Below are positions 54,770-64,000 of a DNA stretch of 64,000 nucleotides, one piece after another. The notes below the pieces were generated by a model. The model saw nothing but the letters and a program-made list of their open reading frames with translations, had not been told where the DNA came from and searched no databases. The DNA is from Eledone cirrhosa. Its lineage: Eukaryota. Position numbers and translations under genes: made by a program. The DNA is taken from positions 429,040,001-429,104,000 of the forward strand of contig OZ024740.1 of NCBI GenBank assembly GCA_964016885.1. The letters run 5' to 3'. Position 1 is the stretch's first letter. Each line of letters starts with the position of its first letter.

Positions 54770-55130
54770 CTCATTGAAGGCAACACGTATACATTTAAAT
54801 CAGGACAAAATTTTACTGTAAAAAATCACTTCACTTGCTCATCAAAAAATCTAATTTATGCCATTAAATGTAAAGGATGCAATGAAGATTATATAGGACA
54901 AACTAAACTCACACTCAGAAACAGAATGACAGTTCATCGCCAACAATTACGAGATCCAACCACGAGACAGATACCACTAAGCGCATATCTAGACATATGC
55001 GCAAGTAATAAGACACCCAAATTCTAAGTCTTCCCATTTTACCTTTGCGCTAACAATACAACAGAACAAATACGAATAAATAAGGAAAATATGTTTATTC
55101 AAAAATAGACCAGCATTAAATATGGTTTAA
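54770..55130 (+). mobile_element. PLE GIY-YIG fragment (Neptune-like), degraded
   Basis: NLIYAIKCKGCNEDYIGQTKLTLRNRMTVHRQQLRDP..IPLS..DIC..F*VFPFY..RINKENMFIQK. Confidence 0.88.
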
Positions 55131-55335
55131 TATACATTATGTCAACACCATAACATGCTAACCATCCAAACAGACACATACACATAACACCTTCTACTTT
55201 AGAAAATAAAACCCGAACTAAATAAACCTTAACATACCTTAACATACGTTTGTACTGACAATACAACAGATCAAATACGAATAAGTAAGGAAAATATGTT
55301 CATTCAAAAATATTCCTACTAACGGAATCATTTTC

Positions 55336-55374
<39 letters not shown>

Positions 55375-55659
55375 ATATATATATATATATTCTCTTCATC
55401 TTAACATGCTAACCATACTCCCACACACATAACACCCATACACACACACATAACAACCCCCACACCCACACTCACATCTCCCCTCCCCTATTTCTACTAA
55501 TAGAATCATTTTCCTACACACATATATACACACACACAAAATATATATTCTCTCCATCTTAACATACTCCCCCACACACACACACACACATAACACCCAT
55601 ATACACACACACACAACTCCCTCCCCCATTTCTACTAATAGAATCATCTTCCAATACAC

Positions 55660-55692
<33 letters not shown>

Positions 55693-56387
55693 AGCACACA
55701 AATAAACATACATATCTTTATTTTCTTTATTTAATAGAAAATCTGAATTCTGACACCCAGCGAACTAACCATATTCACTGAACCAGAACAATTCTGCCAT
55801 CCAATTTCTCTTGACCATTATCTTTTGCTTGTCATAAAATTCTCTAAATAGGCTGCACAATAGATTTCCAAATAAGGGCGCGAAAATTTAATGAAAACTT
55901 GTTCACGTGACAGCCATAATTTCATTTATAACCAATCAAATTACGTTTATTAAAAAAAAGCCTTCGTGAGCCCCCTTTTTTTTTTAGTAAAAAGAAATTC
56001 AAACACTCATATATGAAAAACCAACCTGTGACAACCCCCCCCCCCCCTGTTTGAAGAACTTTGTAACGCGAACTGGCGCGAAACTTATTATAATTATTGA
56101 CCAACCAATCAAATTACTTCTTGAAAAACCTGGCATTTCGAGCCACTTTTTCCATATAAAACAAGTAACATTCAGAGACCAACCAGTTGTGAGAAAAACC
56201 ACAGACCCTCCATCTCAATTCTACTTTTGAAAAGCAGAAGAACTGCGAAACAGGTAAAGGAACCAAATAAATATATATATTTTTTTAAATAAGACTCCAG
56301 TTGCATTTTCGATTTCATCTTTTTTCTTTATACTTTCACTCGTGTAGGACACCTCGGTTATTTTTCATTTTGTAAAAAAAACCTCAC

Positions 56388-56447
<60 letters not shown>

Positions 56448-56547
56448 GTAGGGAGTGTAACTTGGAGTTACTGTAGGTTCACCCGGGTGAGCACTCGATG
56501 TTTAGGTTCACTTCTGTGTCGAGGTGTAGAGCTATACAGAGTGTATT

Positions 56548-56752
56548 ATATTGAAAATATAACAAGGACGATTGGTTACTCCTTCATTACATTTATTGGT
56601 AGGTGACGCGCGTTTCTCCACTGATCAAGATTATAGAGTCGGGTAAGATCGATACAGATCGAACCTTGAGCTGATCAGTGGCGAAACGCGCGTCACCTAC
56701 CAATAAATGTAATGAAGGAGTAACCAATCGTCCTTGTTATCTTTTCAATATA
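56548..56752. repeat. Fold-back with inverted arms of about 80 bp carrying the 3' half of a family E hammerhead
   Basis: ..tgatcagtggc-GAAA-cgcgcg-TC-acctac-cAATAAA.. with its reverse complement upstream. Confidence 0.85.
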
Positions 56753-57219
56753 TATATAAAATATATATATATATATACATCGTATTTGAATTTGTTTTGC
56801 AAGATTTCTTATCTGAAAGCGTGTATTCTGGCGTAGGACAGAACAAAGGAGAGACACAAAAGAAGAAACCAGTCACTTATTTAGGGAGAAAAGTTCACAT
56901 TTCTGTCTGTGGTTTTCTTTCTTTCTTTCTTAGTGGTGACCTTAGCCTTACCAATATATATATAACGAAAGAATTGTGGTAAGGAACCAGGTGGGCCATA
57001 ACGCACCAGAGTACTCGATACTTTGGGTAGTAGAGTGAGTAATAGGAAAAGAGTCAACCCCGATATAAAGTAGTGGCCGTGCTCGAAAACGAGTTGGCAG
57101 CCACCATATAAGTATGTATGTATATACATACATTAAATGTATTAATACTTAACCGATACCTGCTCGAGTCTATAACCTATCCTATCTATTATCTTTCAAC
57201 ATAACAGTACACTTCATTA

Positions 57220-57263
<44 letters not shown>

Positions 57264-57388
57264 CTTCTGTTTCACGAATTTTGTTTTTATGAATCTTTAT
57301 ATTTATTTTTCTACTTTTCTATTTCATCTCTTATTTACGTATTGTAGATTTATTTTGCTTTATCCATTCATATGTACATGTATATACA

Positions 57389-57440
<52 letters not shown>

Positions 57441-57485
57441 CGTATGTACATTTTTATACATTTTAACACACACATATATATATAT

Positions 57486-58494
57486 ATGAGCCAAGATACT
57501 TGTAATCTTCCACCTGCTTATGGGTGGTACCATTAAGGGTTCTGATGGGGTAGTTTGGGCTGTTTGCGCATCTGTTCACACACTCAGTCTTGGATTCGTT
57601 GAGGTACAGTCCAACACAGTTGGACGCTTGCTCTAATGACTTCAAAAGACTCTCAACATTTTCCAGTGACCGACTGATCAATGCGATGTCGTCAGCAAAG
57701 TCGGTGTCGGTCAAGTATTTTGCTGGGTAGCGTGAGCTTCTCCTAGGCTGTAGTTGGTATCCCCTATCCTGAATCCTATCCCCAGACATGCGCAAAACAT
57801 AATCCACAACAGTGATAAATAGATACGGAGCAAGGGTATCGCCCTGTAAAATTCTAGCGAGGATTGAGAAAGGTGGTGTTTCCCCATCTGGGGTCAGGAG
57901 AGTTGATTTGGTATCTGTATACATTACACGTATGGCCGCGAGGATTTTATCAGGAATCCCATAGAGTTGTAGAATTTCAAACATCCCCGACCTGGCATGG
58001 TCAGCGTGCAATGACATGCACGCCATATGGACATCTCAACTTACCAACAAGCTAAAACTGTAAATATTCCAAGCAACCATTAAGCCCATATTAGTTTATG
58101 GATCCGAAACTTGGACACTAACATCACAACTTGAGAGGAGATTGGATGGCACATATACCCGCCTCTTAATGAGAGTGCAAAACCTATCCTGGAAACGACA
58201 TCCCACCTTGTCTAAAATCTATGGCAAACTCCCTCGAGCCTCTGCCCTTCTAAAATCCCGGAGAGCTCAATTTGCTGGCCACTGTCAGCGTGCCAGCAAT
58301 GAAATCATATCCGCTCTCTTGCTCTGGAACCCTGACTCCAGCCTGACTAGGAGTAGGAAGCTGTCATTCCCTGACGTTATCTCTAGGGATACGGGAATCA
58401 GTAGACAGGACCTGGGGCAGCGATGGGGGACAGGGAATTCTGGGGCATGAGAGTGAGATCCATCATCTCGACAGTAGTCGACGAATGATGATGA
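57486..58494 (+). mobile_element. RTE-clade LINE, 5'-truncated with 5' inversion; (GAT)n tail
   Basis: 57990-57486 (-): [27 protein letters not shown]. 57991-58450 (+): LAWSACNDMH..ILVYGSETWTL..LDGTYTRLL..FAGHC. Confidence 0.92.
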
Positions 58495-58518
58495 TATATA
58501 TATATATATATATATATA

Positions 58519-60925
58519 TCATCATCATCATCATCATCACCGTTTTACGTCCGTTCTTCCACGCTAGCATGGGTTAGACGGGTTGTCCTGTTGTGGGCAG
58601 TGTCTGGTCGGCTGACCATGCCTTGCTCATACAGGAACTGATCTGGCTTGATTTCTACAGCTGGATGCCCTTCCTAACACCAACCTCATTTACAGTGAGT
58701 GCTGGGTGCTTTTTCGTGGCGCCTACACGTCCACTTTACAGTGTGGGCTGGGTGCTTTTTTGCCGTGGCACCTCCACGACCACCTTGCGGTGGGGGGTGT
58801 GGGGGCATATTGTCTATATGCTTCAGCTTGTACCCATGGGAGGTCGGGTACTCTGTATTACTGCGTGACGCCAGAAGTCACGGTCGTGTGTCATTGTCTT
58901 TGAGAGGTGTAATTGGGTAAGGTCGGCTTTTATCACCTCATCCCAGGTCATCTTGGGTCTCCCCACTCCGCGGTTTCCATCAACTTCTAGTGCTCTGCAC
59001 CTTTTTATGCAGCTGTCATCCTTCATACGCATCACATGTCCATACCAGCGCAACCGCCTCTCCTGCACACAGCATTTGATTCCTCTTATGCTCAGTCTCT
59101 CTCTCAATTCATTTATGCTTTGTCGTTCACGTATATTACTGTTACACATCCATCGGAGCATGCAGGCTTCGTTTCTCTCTAATCTACGTAAGTCTTCCAC
59201 CTTCAGCGCCCAGGTCTCACTACCATGCAACATCGCTGTTCGGATACACGCATCATACAGTCTGCCTTTCATTCTGAGGGAGAAGCCTTTTGCAGCTAGC
59301 AGTGGTAGTAGTTCCCTAAACTTCTTCCATCCCGTTCTTACCCTAGTTATTGTACTTTCTGAACACCCACCTCCGTTGCTAATTCGGTCACCTAGGTAGC
59401 AGAAGCTGTCTACTGTTTCTACAGGGCCCTCCCAGAGATTGGTGATACTTGTTTCCTGTGGCTGTTTGCTGCTTGCTGTCTCAGCACAGCTGCTGCATGT
59501 GAATCCTACATTCTTAATTAAGCTTCCTGAGATCCCGCTACACCTCTTGTGTACCCATTGTTTGCATTTGGGGCAGAGAATGGAGTTCCTACCTACACCT
59601 TTCCTACATACTGAGCAAGGCCATTTCCCTGAGGGGATCTGGGTTCTGTTTCCTCGTCTACTTACAAGGACCTTAGTCTTTGTCATGTTGACTTTGAGAC
59701 CCTTTCTTTCTAGTCCCTGCTTCCAGGTTTGGAATTTATTCTCTAGTTCTACCATAGATTCAGCTATGAGTGCGAGGTCATCAGCATACAGGAGTTCCCA
59801 TGGGCATCCGGTCTTAAACTCCTCCGTTATTGCCTGCAGGACTATGATGAACAGGAGAGGGCTAAGAACAGAGCCCTGGTGGACCCCAACCTGTACGCTA
59901 AATTCCTCGTTATACTCATTACTAATCCTAACTTTGCTGACTGCTCCCCTATACATGGCTTGTACCGCTTTCACAAGCCATTCATCTACTCCTAGTTTTC
60001 TAAGAGCCCACCAGATTACAGCACGTGGAACTCTGTCAAAGGCTTTCTCAAGGTCGACAAATGCCAAGTAGAGTGGCTTACTTTTAGCTAGGTACTTTTC
60101 CTGTAATTGCCTCACAAGGAAGAGGGCATCAGTGGTGCCTCTTCCTGGTACAAACCCAAATTGCATTTCGTCTATTTTCACCCGGTCCCTAATCAGCTGT
60201 GCTATAACTCTTTCTGTTACTTTCATGACCTGGTCCATCAACTTTATACCTCTATAGTTTCCTCTATCTAGTGCATCGCCTTTACCTTTGTAGCAGTTGA
60301 CAATGATGCTACTGCACCAATCTTTTGGTATGGCCCCTTCTAGTATTACCTGGTTAACGATACGTGTGGTTATAGTGTGACCTACAGACCCAGATGCCTT
60401 CAGCATCTCGGCAGCTATACCCGATGGACCGGTTGCCTTCCCCATATTCATATCTTTGATTGCCTTACTTACTACGCTGCTGCTGACTTGTGCTGCTGGT
60501 CCCTCTATAGGGTCTACTTGGGGTAGGGTCTCTTCTTCCCATGCATTCTCCTCATTTAGTAATCTATTATAATGACTCTTCCATGCATCTTTCTTCTCAG
60601 CACTTGTGAGGGCAAGCTCACCTTTATCATTCCGGATACACTTCTCTCCAATGACAACACAACTATCTCTGACACACTGCCTCGCAATCTTGAATACCTC
60701 CTGTTTCTGGTCCTCACGTTGTAAAACATGCTTGAATTTTCTATCCTCTGCTTCCCTCCTAGCTAAGTATACTTGTCGCCTAGCTTCCCTCTTGGTCTCT
60801 ATGTAATGTACCCTGCTCCCCCCGTTCTTCCATTCTTTCCATGCCTGTCTCTTGGCCTTAACTGCTTCATCTACCTTATTGTTCCACCACCAAGCCACTC
60901 TCCTCCTGCTTGAGGTCTTACTCCA

Positions 60926-60929
<4 letters not shown>
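58519..60929 (-). mobile_element. RTE-clade LINE, 5'-truncated, young; (GAT)n tail
   Basis: Uninterrupted RT ORF, 3' UTR of about 280 nt, tail at 58519-58540, (TA)n on both sides. Confidence 0.93.
58823..60898 (-). CDS. RTE-type reverse transcriptase ORF (lacks the APE domain and a native start) with a PHD-like Cys/His finger inside the RT C-terminal region
   Basis: 691 codons open: [80 protein letters not shown]. Confidence 0.9.
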   Translation of the reverse strand: MAWWWNNKVDEAVKAKRQAWKEWKNGGSRVHYIETKREARRQVYLARREAEDRKFKHVLQREDQKQEVFKIARQCVRDSCVVIGEKCIRNDKGELALTSAEKKDAWKSHYNRLLNEENAWEEETLPQVDPIEGPAAQVSSSVVSKAIKDMNMGKATGPSGIAAEMLKASGSVGHTITTRIVNQVILEGAIPKDWCSSIIVNCYKGKGDALDRGNYRGIKLMDQVMKVTERVIAQLIRDRVKIDEMQFGFVPGRGTTDALFLVRQLQEKYLAKSKPLYLAFVDLEKAFDRVPRAVIWWALRKLGVDEWLVKAVQAMYRGAVSKVRISNEYNEEFSVQVGVHQGSVLSPLLFIIVLQAITEEFKTGCPWELLYADDLALIAESMVELENKFQTWKQGLERKGLKVNMTKTKVLVSRRGNRTQIPSGKWPCSVCRKGVGRNSILCPKCKQWVHKRCSGISGSLIKNVGFTCSSCAETASSKQPQETSITNLWEGPVETVDSFCYLGDRISNGGGCSESTITRVRTGWKKFRELLPLLAAKGFSLRMKGRLYDACIRTAMLHGSETWALKVEDLRRLERNEACMLRWMCNSNIRERQSINELRERLSIRGIKCCVQERRLRWYGHVMRMKDDSCIKRCRALEVDGNRGVGRPKMTWDEVIKADLTQLHLSKTMTHDRDFWRHAVIQSTRPPMGTS

Positions 60930-60973
<44 letters not shown>

Positions 60974-60983
60974 ATATATACAC

Positions 60984-61031
<48 letters not shown>

Positions 61032-61032
61032 G

Positions 61033-61215
61033 AGAAAAGAAATAGGATTTCGCTTCAAGCATAGCTTTATACAATATGTATAAATATTTCGGTGTTTGCA
61101 TAGCTACGGTGTTTGCATAGCTACGGCTTCCTAAAACCCTATTTCTTTGGAGATACGAAATATTTATACATATTGTATAAAGCTATGCTTGAAGAGAAAT
61201 CCTATTTCTTTTCTA
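61033..61215. repeat. Fold-back with inverted arms of about 59 bp and an internal 17-bp tandem duplication
   Basis: 61033-61091 versus 61156-61215; CGGTGTTTGCATAGCTA twice; arms carry GAAA-tattta-TA, resembling an HHR 3' half. Confidence 0.85.
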
Positions 61216-61299
61216 CTATAAGTTGAGCCAACTTATGCAAATGAGATTAATCACCTCATTTACACAGACGAGAAAACTATATATTCTCGCCTGTCTTCT

Positions 61300-61345
61300 A
61301 GTCCAGCAGTCGCTGTTTCTGGGTATCACCCTTCATCAGTACAGC
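61300..61345 (-). ncRNA. Degenerate hammerhead
   Basis: CTGATGA-a-gggt/accc-a-GAAA-cagc/gctg; cleavage triplet and stem I disrupted. Confidence 0.5.
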
Positions 61346-61559
61346 TCACTGTTCACCTGCCAAACTGTGAGAACTAGTCAAAATATATGCTATGTTCGCA
61401 TGCCAACATAAGAGCAAAAATGAAGTGTTCATTCAACTGACATGGCTATAAAATTGAGGCTTCTTTGCATAATTGCAAACGAATCGAATGTTATTATTAA
61501 TATTCGAAAAACTCAGATTACATTTATTGTATTCAGCCATGTAGAGCGAAATTTTCTGT

Positions 61560-61591
<32 letters not shown>

Positions 61592-61955
61592 CAAACATTT
61601 TAACATATATATATATTTATATACATTTTATTTTGCTTTCTGAATTGTATAATTCTCTAAATGTCCAAGACATATAATTCAGCACAACCAATATTTGTAT
61701 ATTTGTATCTAATATATTGTGCCATACTTTTTTTATCCACCATGCAATAGCGGAAGCTCATTTTTTTTAAAATTCTTTTTCTGGTTTCTGTCATTAGTCT
61801 GTGGCCATACTGTGGCACCACCACCCACAGAGATAGTTGATTATCCAGAAGTACTTTTTTCAAGTCACAGGTTTTTATCAATCTCTTTTGTGACCAACCG
61901 GTAAGTTATATGAAATAAACAAACACAGCCGTGAATGTTTTTATCATGGTTGCCA

Positions 61956-62059
61956 ACTTCCATAATTTTCGGCGAAAGCAGAGAGTGCGTGGCTCTGATG
62001 ATCGCCAACAGCGTGAAACAGACTGTTAGCTTCTCTCCCTTCTTTCGCCGAAAAGAAGT
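61956..62059 (+). ncRNA. Type I hammerhead with extended stem I (family G)
   Basis: ggct-CTGATGA-t-cgc(caaca)gcg-t-GAAA-cagactg-TT-agct; outer helices gagag/ctctc, ttttcggcgaaag/ctttcgccgaaaa (13 bp) and acttc/gaagt. Confidence 0.85.
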
Positions 62060-62350
62060 AAGTGACATGGTCACTACTTTAAAACCGATAGCGTAAGGTC
62101 TTCAAAATGTTTTTAATTAAACATACAGTATATTGCCAAATATACTATACATACATCCATCTATACATCGCTATTTCAGAGAACCAATCCCTAATACCAT
62201 ATATATAAATATATATATATTATTGTGTGATGGCCATACTCGATAACGAGGGAGCAGCCATCATGTATGTATGTACATATGTATGAATGAATATATGTAT
62301 GTATGTAATGTATGCATGTATGTATCTATGTATGTATGTATATATGTATG

Positions 62351-62935
62351 TCAGGTCACCAGTTGGTGCGACTGGTAACATGTATCCCAGTACAACCTGT
62401 CTCATGGTCGGGTCTTTGGCGACTAAACTGGCAACCCCACCAAGGTTTCTTGGTGAGGAGGGTGGCTTTGGACATCCTGCAGGACTAAAAACAAAACCTG
62501 TGAAAGACAAAGGAGCTCTTAAGAGTCAATGGCCATCCAAAATCACCAGGAGAGATGACCCCTTAGCCTTTGTCAAGGCAGAATTCTAGGAGAAGGAAAA
62601 CTCTGATATAACACCTGCAACCCTGATGGTATCCAATGATGTTGACTTGTTCTTCTTTTTGGTAAATATCATCTTGGTTAAGAGAGTGGGACTGGCTTTG
62701 TGCAGTGCCTTTGCTCACTATAAAAGCTTCACGGAACAGGCATTGCTTTATATCTGGAGATCTCTCTGCACTTGTCGTCACATGGTACCATGGGCCCAGC
62801 ACTATGTGTCAATAATTGTCACAAGTGTAGTGTTTGTACCAGAGTTTTCAAGTCGCTGGCTGGACTGAAATGTCACACTCGTTCAGCGCATCGGTAGGTG
62901 TTCTCCTACATGGATATAAAGTAGTGACAGCCACC
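62351..62935 (+). mobile_element. Non-autonomous bipartite RTE-derived element, copy 3
   Basis: Same 5' end (TCAGGTCACCAG) as copies 1-2, with a small deletion near the 3' end; sits in the (TATG)n tail of a related 3' stub at 62228-62263. Confidence 0.8.
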
Positions 62936-63244
62936 ATGTATGTATGTATGATATATTTATGTATGTATATATGTGTATGTATATAATGTTAAACAACGAA
63001 ACAATAAGAAAAGCAAAGTGATGTATCTATTAATTCATTGTTTTACGATTGTTTCAGAGAACAAAGTGTCCAAGTACAGATTAATCAATGCTAGTTATGT
63101 AATTCCCTGCCATCAACCTCGCAAAAGCAGATCTCTACTACTATTCTTCAGAAACAATGGGCTATTTTTCTATTAATCAGGTGAGTAAGTAAATCACATG
63201 GAAGAAACAGATAGTCAGTAGAAGCCCATCGTGTTCATATATAT

Positions 63245-63750
63245 AACTTTGATAGGTTTCGGCTGGTATTGGTCCAGGCCATGTCTAACTTAATAGCACC
63301 ACCTAGCGAAGTTCTCAAATCAGGATTTGTACGCCATGGCCCACTCAAGTAGAGAGTTATTGTTACGGAGACATATCCGAGTGTAGGAGGTTTATCCGGG
63401 ATTTCTTAGAGGAATTTGTTCAAAGACTTTTTGAAATTTATGGGATATGTTTCTGTTTTAATGTGTTTTGGTGTAATGTTAAAGAGAGTGGGACCAATTG
63501 AGGTGAAATAATTGTGCCGTAACGTTGTTATAAGTGTGAGTTTGATATTTGTTTTGGGTGGATAGCACGGAGCCCACGCTTTGGATGCACATTAAAGGTG
63601 ATGCCAACATCATTTGGTAAAGGCTGATGGAATATTTTCTACATCATACAGATAATGTAGCTTTTATGGCAGCGTTGGAGAGAATAACGTTTGAGTTTTT
63701 CTATTCGACTTCAATAGTCAAGGCCTGACATGCTATCTATCTTTTTCGAT
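63245..63750 (-). mobile_element. 3' part of the CR1-group LINE (same family as 17140-19668)
   Basis: Begins with aaaaagatagatagcatgtcaggccttgactattg.., matching 19575-19668, and continues to the 3' UTR shared with 37960-38213. Confidence 0.88.
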
Positions 63751-64000
63751 CTATATTGGTAGCAAACGTTCCATTTCAAAGATGTTCTTGATGTACTTGT
63801 GGTCGTTTTCAAACCAGTGTTGTATGGGCCACTTTGGCCTTACTTCGGTTTCTCCAGAATAACCCCTACAGTAGGCCGATTCATGATCTATTTTAGCTTT
63901 CATGATGTCACATTCGTGTTTATTTGTGAGGTTAGTGTGCCGGAAGTGCGGGGTTCGTGTACCTGCCACTTCCTCTTTCACCAGGACACGGTACGGGTGG

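Noticed and set aside
63751-63981. 76-aa ORF at the window edge
   Set aside because: No recognisable motif, non-ATG start, and the segment runs off the window; cannot be assigned.

Overview
Eukaryotic, AT-rich, microsatellite-saturated intergenic or intronic DNA. It is most likely from an octopod cephalopod, inferred from the SINE family, the 5S sequence and the repeat landscape. No host protein-coding exon is recognisable, and most ORFs in the track are microsatellite artefacts. The window is a nested pile of retroelements: Penelope-like elements (PLEs) of at least three clades, a near-complete R4/Dong-type RLE LINE inserted in (CATA)n, a CR1-group LINE, RTE LINEs (two with twin-priming-type inversions), a bipartite non-autonomous RTE family, tRNA-derived SINEs, a non-autonomous Helitron and a 5S rRNA pseudogene. 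The main unannotated layer is RNA structure: about 20 intact or degenerate hammerhead ribozyme (HHR) motifs read by eye on both strands. They include (i) a diverged non-coding family with a long covarying stem I (48.9 kb and 62.0 kb), (ii) U3-A8 core variants, (iii) variants with about 60-nt stem II inserts, and (iv) a roughly 500-nt terminally redundant family with a hammerhead-shaped but non-canonical junction. At least six otherwise dissimilar repeat families share a TYGAGTRCT motif, often closing an ACTC stem, between the ribozyme and the (TA)n insertion point. Coordinates were counted by hand and may be off by a few bases. Clade names come from remembered motifs, not database searches.
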